The notes beneath the pieces were generated by a model. It searched no databases. It worked only from the letters and a program-made list of their open reading frames with translations, and had not been told where the DNA came from. A stretch of 32,675 bases of DNA from a virus (lineage: Duplodnaviria > Caudoviricetes): the IMG/VR virus record IMGVR_UViG_3300043411_001113, positions 1 through 32,675 of that record, one strand, 5' to 3'. Shown piece by piece: positions 16,735-24,205 of this stretch. Positions within the stretch are counted from its first letter, which is position 1; the number at the start of each line of letters is the position of its first letter. The position numbers and the translations under genes are program-made.

Positions 16735-17859
16735 ATGTACGTCCCGCAACAGCAGTCCCTCTCTGATTTCCTGGCATCGAGTGGCGCCGAGTCCGGGGCC
16801 TATGGCATCGGATCACTGGCGCCGGCGCGTCCCTCGTCGGAAGGGGGCTTCCCGGTGGGGGACGCGCTCAAATTGGGCAGGCTGGGCTTCCAGACATTCG
16901 CCCCCGAAACCTACAAGTCTCTGACAGGCTGGATGCCGTCGATGGGCGACATCTTCTCGGGCCTCGGGCTGGAGGGGATCGGATCGTCTGGCATCGGTGC
17001 TGCGGCCGGTGGCGCGATGACGGCAGCCGGGTATGCCGGCCCGATGCTGGCGTTCGCCAAAATCATGTCGGCCCTGAATCAGAACACCGATCACCCGATC
17101 ACCTTGGGCAGCGGTTACACGTCCCTCGAAGACGGGTTCTACGGCGGCAACGGCCCCAAGGTCGGCGAGGCGCGCGGTCTGTCCGACCTCTATCGCGGGG
17201 ATGGCGGCTGGTATGCGGGCGGCGATCCGTCGATGGTCGATGACCTCGACACCTCGTTCGGCTCGATGTCGTGGAAGAAGCACATCCCGGCCTGGTCCGT
17301 GGGCGGCGCTCCGTACCGCTCCCCGGAACTGGCGGTGAACAGTGGCCGGCAGATCGCGCGCGGCCAGATGGGGCTTCCGGTCACGCTCGAAGACCTGCCG
17401 AACAGCTTCAATCCCTCGACCGATCCCGGCCTTCTGGCCAAGTACCAGGGCAACCAGTCGCTCCCGGTGTGGGACGCCCCACAGGCGATGCCCACCGACT
17501 GGGACCAGTGGCAGGAGCGGGCGCAGAACAGCAGCTATTCCGGGCAGTCGAACACCGAAGCCAACGCCTGGGCGCCGGAGATCATCCAGGGCTTCGTCGG
17601 CGGGTTGGCGCCACGCGCGCAGGACTGGTTCCGCACCGGCCTCACGACGGGCCAGATGTACGCGGGCGCCGGGGAGAACAGCCCGGACTGGGGCCAGATC
17701 AACGAATACGACCTCAGCACTGCGCAGGGCGACACCCTGTCACGGGTGGCGGCGGCGAACGGGATCGAGGGCACGGCTCCGCTGGACGTCTTTTCGTACG
17801 CTATGGGGCCGGGCCGGGTGTTCAACCCCGCGCGCACCAATCTCCGAAGCGGCGAATGA
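16735..17859 (+). CDS. Gly-rich putative internal virion protein
   Basis: Strong SD AAGGAGG; G/A/S-rich; located in the ejection-protein block. Confidence 0.65.
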   Translation: MYVPQQQSLSDFLASSGAESGAYGIGSLAPARPSSEGGFPVGDALKLGRLGFQTFAPETYKSLTGWMPSMGDIFSGLGLEGIGSSGIGAAAGGAMTAAGYAGPMLAFAKIMSALNQNTDHPITLGSGYTSLEDGFYGGNGPKVGEARGLSDLYRGDGGWYAGGDPSMVDDLDTSFGSMSWKKHIPAWSVGGAPYRSPELAVNSGRQIARGQMGLPVTLEDLPNSFNPSTDPGLLAKYQGNQSLPVWDAPQAMPTDWDQWQERAQNSSYSGQSNTEANAWAPEIIQGFVGGLAPRAQDWFRTGLTTGQMYAGAGENSPDWGQINEYDLSTAQGDTLSRVAAANGIEGTAPLDVFSYAMGPGRVFNPARTNLRSGE

Positions 17860-17936
17860 TCGGCTGATCGTCTCGACCGCTTCGTTCCACGCCCGGAGGT
17901 AGGCGGCGCTCTTGCCGTCGAGGAAGTTGTAGCCGG

Positions 17937-18248
17937 TCAGTTGCACGAGGTCATGGTCCCGATCGTCGAGCAGTTCACGATTCGCCCGCTGGGCAGCCGA
18001 TATGTCGAGAACGACGGCGTGCCATAGGCCGGCTGGGGCGGCTGCAACAGTTGATTGCTCATCCGCATCAGGGCGTCGCCCTGTTGCTGCTGCAAATTGT
18101 CATTCGCGATCCGCGTCCGCATCTGGCAATTCGCGTGGCCCGGTGTTCCGGGCTGCCAGCCGTAGGACGTGCATTGGTCGGCGATGGACGTGCGGTTTCC
18201 GCATCCGCTGACCACGAGCAACCCCAGGAACAGCACGATCCTTTTCAT
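17937..18248 (-). CDS. Small lipoprotein (moron-like, 103 aa)
   Basis: MKR plus hydrophobic core plus lipobox VSG-C; SD GGAGG; C.SYG..PGT...ANC motif; antisense to the operon. Confidence 0.75.
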   Translation of the reverse strand: MKRIVLFLGLLVVSGCGNRTSIADQCTSYGWQPGTPGHANCQMRTRIANDNLQQQQGDALMRMSNQLLQPPQPAYGTPSFSTYRLPSGRIVNCSTIGTMTSCN

Positions 18249-18270
18249 GTCCAGCCCTCCCCGGGCGAGG

Positions 18271-18299
18271 ACGGTAACGCGATTTGCAACTCGGCTCAA
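18271..18299 (-). promoter_or_regulatory. Candidate sigma70 promoter of the lipoprotein gene
   Basis: TTGAGC-N17-TACCGT on the minus strand. Confidence 0.4.
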
Positions 18300-18315
18300 C
18301 CGCGGAGACGCCACC

Positions 18316-19443
18316 ATGATCCACCGCGCCGGCATCGGCAATCTGATGCGCGCCGGTCCCGCGCCCGGCCGCGCGGGGCTGTCGCACCTTGGCCGAGGGG
18401 AGGTCGTCCTTCCCAACGCCGCGATGAATGCGGACCCCGCACTGCGCCAGCGGGCCATGCGCTCGATGGCGATGCAGGGGCGCAACCCGTCGCAGTACAC
18501 CGTGGGCGGCATGAACAGCCGTAACCCGATGACGGGCGCCCGGGAATTCGCGGACATGATCTACACCGAGAACGGGTGGGTCGATCCCTCGACGGGACAG
18601 GCGATGAGCTTCGGCGGCGGGAACGACTTCGCCAACTCGGGCACGAACTACAACGGCCCAGTGACGTTCGACCCGGTGACCGGCCGAACTGTCGTGGCGA
18701 GTTTCGCGGGCCTCCCCACAATGCGTGGGCGCGAGATCGGGGATGTCGTGGAGTTCGCCGATCGGACGCCAGAATCGCAGGGCTTCATCACGAGCTTCAA
18801 TGCGCCTCGGACGCCGGGCCTTGGACTCGATCAGCTCGCCGAGCCATTCCGGCAGGCGCAGCAGCAGGGCGTCACTGCGACGCCGGATATGGCGCTCTAT
18901 CCCGTCGAGGGCGCCAACCCGCTGTTCGGTGGCCGCAGCAACATGACCCCCGTCAACGGCGTCACGCCCACCGCCCCGCAGCAGAACGCCGACTCCTCCG
19001 CCCCCGACTTCGGTTCCTTCTCCGCCCCGCAGTCCTACGACGAGTGGCGGATGTCCCGGAACCCCGGAGGCAAGGGCGTGCCCAACACCCTGTTCGGCCA
19101 GACCCAGACCGCGGGTTCCGATGGCGGCGTCACCGGCCAGGGAATGCAGATGCCCAACGTCATGGCGGGGCAGATGCCGGTCCCCGGGCAGCAGTGGGGA
19201 ACGCCGGGAACGGCCTTGGGCTTCGCCCGCGACAACACCGCCAACGATCCCTCGATTCTGAAGTCGGGCTACTCCGATATCAGCCTGTCGCCCTCGGTCT
19301 ATTCCGGGGCCTTCGGAGGCTCGGGCTTCGCTCCGCAGTCGGGCATCGCCTTCTCCGGCCAGGGTGCCGGGGGCGGCTACGGGCAGCAGCAGAACCCGCA
19401 GGCGGCCGGCAACTTCGGCTTCGGCAACGCCTTCCGCTACTGA
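18316..19443 (+). CDS. Putative ejection/internal protein, paralogue A
   Basis: SD GGAG before ATG 18316; HL..GEVV.P...NSRNP.TGAREF domain followed by low-complexity sequence. Confidence 0.7.
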   Translation: MIHRAGIGNLMRAGPAPGRAGLSHLGRGEVVLPNAAMNADPALRQRAMRSMAMQGRNPSQYTVGGMNSRNPMTGAREFADMIYTENGWVDPSTGQAMSFGGGNDFANSGTNYNGPVTFDPVTGRTVVASFAGLPTMRGREIGDVVEFADRTPESQGFITSFNAPRTPGLGLDQLAEPFRQAQQQGVTATPDMALYPVEGANPLFGGRSNMTPVNGVTPTAPQQNADSSAPDFGSFSAPQSYDEWRMSRNPGGKGVPNTLFGQTQTAGSDGGVTGQGMQMPNVMAGQMPVPGQQWGTPGTALGFARDNTANDPSILKSGYSDISLSPSVYSGAFGGSGFAPQSGIAFSGQGAGGGYGQQQNPQAAGNFGFGNAFRY

Positions 19444-19470
19444 CGATCCTTCATCCTTCTTCGTCCCAGG

Positions 19471-19495
19471 GGCCTCGCGAAAGCGGGGCCTTTTT
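19471..19495 (+). terminator. Rho-independent terminator
   Basis: GGCCTCGC-GAAA-GCGGGGCC-TTTTT. Confidence 0.8.
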
Positions 19496-19514
19496 CCGTT
19501 TCGGGGGCCAGCCC

Positions 19515-22184
19515 ATGAACATCCAGACCCGGCGCAAGGTCCGTGACCACAACGCCCCCACCATGGGCAAGTCCGTCCAGGCGATGGCGCGGAAGGGACG
19601 GGCCGGAGACACCGAGGCAGGACATCTGACGAAGGGCGAGGTCGTCGTCCCCAAGCGCGTCTGGGAAGCGGACCCCGGCCTACAGCAGCGCGCGATGTCC
19701 GCCATGATGCAAGCGGGCTTGAACCCCGCGCAGTACATCGTCGGGCACCCCGCCAACTCCCGGAACCCGCAGACCGGGGCGCGTGAGTTCGCGGATCTCG
19801 CCTATGTCAACGGCCAGTGGGTGAACAGCGGCACCGGGCAGGCGGCGGACTTCGGCGCCGATCAGAACAGCTTCGCCAACACCGGGACGTACTCGTCGCA
19901 GCCCCAGGCCGTACCGCGTCCGGGCAATGCGATGAGCGCCGCTGCACCGCAGGACACCCGCGACTGGGGCGCCGACCCCACGGCCAATCAGGAACTGGCC
20001 CGGATCACCGGCTACCAGGGCGACTTCGGGACCGGCGGCTTCTCGACCTACATGCAGGGCGCGAACGACGTCCAGAAGCAGAACGCGGCCCAGTACCTCG
20101 CCGACCAGGGCCGGGGGCAGCGCATCGACTGGAACACGGGGATGGTCGCTCCGGTCGATGATGGGGCGGCGAACAACTACGGGTCGCCGGTCAGCACGTT
20201 CGGATACACCCCGACCGGGCAGGGCGAGAACCCGAACAACCGAGCCGCCAACCAGGAACTCGCGGGCCTCGGCTACACCGGGGATTTCGGCGGCGGCGGG
20301 TTCAACCAGTGGATCGGCGGCCAGTCGGCGGATATCCAGCAGCAGGCCGCGAACATCCTGGCCCGGAACAACCAGCCCGAGCGCATCCAGGATTGGGGCG
20401 GCAACGGCTTCCTGAACGAAAGCCCGTACATCAACGGCACGGTGCCGGTCGGCTACACGACGCCTCCCGCGCCGCCCGCTTCCGGGCCGACGCAGCCGCT
20501 TGGCCAGGGCTTCAACACCTTCGATTTCGGCACCGGCCAGGACCAGATCAAGAACTTCAAGGCGTACTTCGACCAGTACGGCCAGGTTCCGGTCGCGTCG
20601 GGATTCACGCCCGAGAACAACCAGTCGTTCGGCATCTACGACCCCCGGCCCAACTTCGGCGGAGCGTGGGACCCGACGTACTCGATGATCGCGAACCTTT
20701 CCCCCGAGGACTTCGCGGGGCTGGCGCGATCCATCGGCGTCGACCCGAACAGCCACGATGCGTGGCTCGCCATCGAGAATGCGTTCGGGCAGCGAACGAT
20801 GACCTACGGCGATCTCGTGCGCGACGCCAACGGCAACTATAGCTGGTCCAACCCGCAGGGCTCCGAAGTGGCGTCGGCGCTTGAGCGCGGATACATGCGG
20901 ATCGGCAGCGGGCCGAACAGCATCGAAGTCCCGATCGCCGACCTGATCTCCGGCAAATACAGCGTCAACGCCGTCGATCTGGCCCTGTCCGGCGGCTACG
21001 ACCCCAACGGGATGGAAGGGTCGACCAACACCCTCGACGCGGCCCAGCAGATCATGCGCGAGATTCCGGGCCTCGCGAATACCCGCTGGAACTCGGCCGA
21101 ATACAACACCATCCGCAAGCCGATCGAGGCAGCGACGCCCGGCTTCAACCAGCAGGTTGGCAATCGGATCGCACGGCAGCAGGCGGACGGCCGGTCGATC
21201 CCCGGCGGCAACACGGTCGGGCCGACGAACCTGTCCTCGGTCATCTCCGGGGCCAATCTCGGCGGCTACACGCCCCCCGGCACGGCGGCGACGCCAGCCC
21301 CCGGCACCACCGCCGCCGCCAACCGCACGCCGACGGCGATGTCGGCATCCGCGACGCCTTCCGGCCAGTCGATCCTCGACTACTCGAACAACGCGGCGGG
21401 ATGGGATCGCGGGTCGCAGCTCATCACCATGGGCTCGGGCGGCAATTTCTCGATGTGGAAGCACCCGGACGGCACGATCTACCACTCCGACGCCAACGGC
21501 GAATGGGTGCTGGAGCCGGTCGGTAATGGGCTCTATCGCGACACCATGTACGGCGTGCTGCGCAACTCCGGCGGGGTTGTCGTCAACCCGGACGGGTCGC
21601 CGGTTGTCACGCAATACAGCGCGCAGAACCACCCCGGCGGGACGACGAGCGTCGGGCGGCTCTACGGGTCAAGCGGCGTCAATCAGATGCTGGGCTCGTT
21701 CGCCGGTGTCGATCTGTCCACCCTCCGGGACGGCAACAACACCCCGATCCGCGGCAACTACGGCGGCGGGCGCCCCCCGACGAGCGGCGGCGTCTCGACA
21801 ACCCCGGTCCCGCTCCCGTCTCCGGGCGGCGGCACGGGTGGCGGGGGTACGGGTGGCACCGGAGGCGGCGGAACCACGGTCCCGACCTCGACGGGCACCG
21901 GTCTGACGCCGGGCACGACCAACCCCTACTCGCTGCCCTACGGGATCAATCTCAACATCTTCGGACAGGGCGGCCAGCAGTCGACTGGGACCAACACCCA
22001 GGCCGCGACGCAGCAGCAGTACGACCCCTATTCGTGGCTGTCGCTGCTCAATCTCGGCTACGGCTCCTCGACCTACGGCCAGCCCACCTACACGTCCGCT
22101 GACCCCAACCAGGCCGGCGGCATCAACTACGTGCAGCCGAACTCGCAGAACGTCGAGTTCCGGACGCCGTTCGCATATTCCTGA
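19515..22184 (+). CDS. Putative ejection/internal protein, paralogue B (889 aa)
   Basis: ATG 19515; GR.GDT..GHL..GEVVVP...NSRNPQTGAREF domain; G/N/Q/T-rich body. Confidence 0.75.
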   Translation: MNIQTRRKVRDHNAPTMGKSVQAMARKGRAGDTEAGHLTKGEVVVPKRVWEADPGLQQRAMSAMMQAGLNPAQYIVGHPANSRNPQTGAREFADLAYVNGQWVNSGTGQAADFGADQNSFANTGTYSSQPQAVPRPGNAMSAAAPQDTRDWGADPTANQELARITGYQGDFGTGGFSTYMQGANDVQKQNAAQYLADQGRGQRIDWNTGMVAPVDDGAANNYGSPVSTFGYTPTGQGENPNNRAANQELAGLGYTGDFGGGGFNQWIGGQSADIQQQAANILARNNQPERIQDWGGNGFLNESPYINGTVPVGYTTPPAPPASGPTQPLGQGFNTFDFGTGQDQIKNFKAYFDQYGQVPVASGFTPENNQSFGIYDPRPNFGGAWDPTYSMIANLSPEDFAGLARSIGVDPNSHDAWLAIENAFGQRTMTYGDLVRDANGNYSWSNPQGSEVASALERGYMRIGSGPNSIEVPIADLISGKYSVNAVDLALSGGYDPNGMEGSTNTLDAAQQIMREIPGLANTRWNSAEYNTIRKPIEAATPGFNQQVGNRIARQQADGRSIPGGNTVGPTNLSSVISGANLGGYTPPGTAATPAPGTTAAANRTPTAMSASATPSGQSILDYSNNAAGWDRGSQLITMGSGGNFSMWKHPDGTIYHSDANGEWVLEPVGNGLYRDTMYGVLRNSGGVVVNPDGSPVVTQYSAQNHPGGTTSVGRLYGSSGVNQMLGSFAGVDLSTLRDGNNTPIRGNYGGGRPPTSGGVSTTPVPLPSPGGGTGGGGTGGTGGGGTTVPTSTGTGLTPGTTNPYSLPYGINLNIFGQGGQQSTGTNTQAATQQQYDPYSWLSLLNLGYGSSTYGQPTYTSADPNQAGGINYVQPNSQNVEFRTPFAYS
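19983..20396 (+). repeat. Two-copy ~50 aa internal repeat
   Basis: ANQELARITGYQGDFGTGGF...QNAAQYLA...RIDW and ANQELAGLGYTGDFGGGGF...QQAANILA...RIQDW. Confidence 0.75.
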
Positions 22185-22198
22185 GCGGGAGAACGGTC

Positions 22199-22951
22199 AT
22201 GTGGGATCAGTCGTCGGGCTCCCAGTTCGGCCAGATCATCCAGTCGCTGATGCAGCAGAATCCGCAGGTCGCGCAGCGGCTGATGCAACTGATGTCGCAG
22301 CAGCGCACGGCGGGGATCGGTAGCCTACAGCCCCGGCAGGGCGGCGGGCCTATGCCGATGGGGCCGGCGCCCGGGAACAACAATTCCGCAATGACGCCGG
22401 AATACGGGGGATTCCTCGGCCAAGCCCCGCAGTGGCACATGATGCCCGCGCAGGGCAGCGCGCCATATTCCCCGCCGCCGTACGCCTCGCCGATGCCCGG
22501 ATGGGCCACTCCCGGGCGGGGCGGAGCGGCCACCGGCATCCCGGGCGTTGGGGGCGGCTCCACCGGGATGAACCCCGGCATGGGCGGGCAGCGGCAAAAC
22601 ACCGGCAACTCCGGTTCGTCCCCGCTGGGGCCGCCCCCGGTAGCTGGCTACGGGGGCAATCAGGGCACCGGCCCGACGCTGCCTTATGCGCAGCGGTTCA
22701 ATACAAACCCCGGCCCGAGCTATCCGGCCATCCCCATGCCGACCGTCACCGGGGGGCGATCGCAAACGCCCTACACCCCCCCGCCGTTCGTCTCTCCGAT
22801 GCCGGAATGGCAGACGCCGCAGCGCCCGGCCCCGTTCTCGGCGCCAGCATCGCAGCCCAAGACCTACGGCGCGTCGCAGCCGGCCGGGCCGTCCCTGGCG
22901 CAGAACGGCACATCCGGCCTCGACTGGTACGCCATGCAGGCCGGGAACTAG
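22199..22951 (+). CDS. P/G/Q/M-rich low-complexity protein
   Basis: SD GGGAG; operonic position; disorder-type composition. Confidence 0.65.
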   Translation: MWDQSSGSQFGQIIQSLMQQNPQVAQRLMQLMSQQRTAGIGSLQPRQGGGPMPMGPAPGNNNSAMTPEYGGFLGQAPQWHMMPAQGSAPYSPPPYASPMPGWATPGRGGAATGIPGVGGGSTGMNPGMGGQRQNTGNSGSSPLGPPPVAGYGGNQGTGPTLPYAQRFNTNPGPSYPAIPMPTVTGGRSQTPYTPPPFVSPMPEWQTPQRPAPFSAPASQPKTYGASQPAGPSLAQNGTSGLDWYAMQAGN

Positions 22952-22963
22952 GGAGGCCGTCCG

Positions 22964-24205
22964 ATGCCGACGACGACCCAGACGACAACCCTCCCGGAGA
23001 CGCTGAACAACGCGCTCCAGTACATCCTGTCGGAGGGGATGAACGTCTACCAGAACACCCCCTACGAGGCGTACCAGTACCCCCGCGTCGCGCCGCTGTC
23101 GCAGTACCAGACGCAGGCGTTCCAGGGCGTGCAGAACGCGCAGGGCAACTGGCAGCCGGCCAATTCGCAGGCGCAGTCCATGGCGCAGCAGGTGTTCGGG
23201 TCGGCCGGGGGGATGGCGAACCCGTCGTTCGAGCGGGTTTCCTCGCCCCTGATCGCCTCGCAGGTCGTGGGGGCCGCTCAGTTCCCGCAGGCCGACATCA
23301 GCCGGTACATGAACCCGTACGAAAGCCTCGTCACCGGGGCGGCGGTTCGGAACCTGGAGGATGCGGCGGCCCGGCAGCAGGCGAATGCCGATGCGCGGTT
23401 CGCGAAGTCCGGCGCCTTCGGCGGCTCCCGCCAGGGCCTCTACGACGCCAACCTTTCCACGCAGGTCGCGCGGCAGGCCGGCGAACTGACGAACCAGTCC
23501 CGGGCGCAGAACTACACCAACGCCCAGGGCGTCTGGCAGAACGACGCCAACCGGCTGCTACAGGCCGACCTCGGCACGGCGCAGATGGGCCTCCAGGCGG
23601 CGGGTGCGAACCAGCAGTCGATGCTCCGCGCGGCGCTCGCCAACCAGTCATCGGACCTCGATGCGCAGCGGCTCGGCCTGTCCGCGCTGGGACAGCAGCT
23701 TGGGGCGGCGCAGCTTCTCGGCAACCTCGGGAACTCGGCCTCGACGAACGCTTACCGGGACGTCGAAGCCCTGCTCGGGATCGGATCGCTCGACCGCTCG
23801 CTGGCCCAGCGGAACGCGGATATCGCGTATTCGGACTGGCAGGAACAGCAGAACTACCCGTGGACGCAACTGGGCAAGCTGTCGTCCGTGGTCAACGGCA
23901 ACGGGCTGTCCCGCGCATCCACGACGACGCAGCAGACCCCCGACCCGAATCTGTGGTCGCAGATTCTAGGCGGCCTCACGGCGGGCGCCGGCATCCTCGG
24001 CAATACCGGGGCGTTCGGCAGCAACGGGTGGCTCACGGGCGGAAGCGGGGCTGGCGGCATCATCTCCGGGCCATCGTCCGGGACCGATGTGTTCGGGATC
24101 AGTGGCGGAGGGGACGCCGTATCTGACGACATGCTCGGCGGCGGCGGTGACTGGTTCAGCGATTCCGGGCTGATGGACTACGACTATTGGGGCTACGGCG
24201 TCTGA
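22964..24205 (+). CDS. DNA transfer/ejection protein (Q/A-rich)
   Basis: T.TT.LP, PY..Y..PRVA.LS..Q, YMNPY and GAFGGSRQG motifs; C-terminal Gly-rich hydrophobic segment. Confidence 0.75.
   Translation: MPTTTQTTTLPETLNNALQYILSEGMNVYQNTPYEAYQYPRVAPLSQYQTQAFQGVQNAQGNWQPANSQAQSMAQQVFGSAGGMANPSFERVSSPLIASQVVGAAQFPQADISRYMNPYESLVTGAAVRNLEDAAARQQANADARFAKSGAFGGSRQGLYDANLSTQVARQAGELTNQSRAQNYTNAQGVWQNDANRLLQADLGTAQMGLQAAGANQQSMLRAALANQSSDLDAQRLGLSALGQQLGAAQLLGNLGNSASTNAYRDVEALLGIGSLDRSLAQRNADIAYSDWQEQQNYPWTQLGKLSSVVNGNGLSRASTTTQQTPDPNLWSQILGGLTAGAGILGNTGAFGSNGWLTGGSGAGGIISGPSSGTDVFGISGGGDAVSDDMLGGGGDWFSDSGLMDYDYWGYGV

Noticed and set aside
17740-17946. 68-aa minus-strand ORF after the lipoprotein gene
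   Set aside because: More than half overlaps 16735-17859 and it has no clear SD; may be a remnant but cannot be supported
18576-19514. N-terminal 313 codons of the 1202-aa ORF
   Set aside because: Shadow frame of 18316-19443 that crosses a terminator; the real start is 19515, matching the paralogue
21820-21905. GGGTGGGGTGGTGGGG-encoding G-rich tract
   Set aside because: Explained as a Gly/Thr linker in the protein; no independent evidence for a G-quadruplex role
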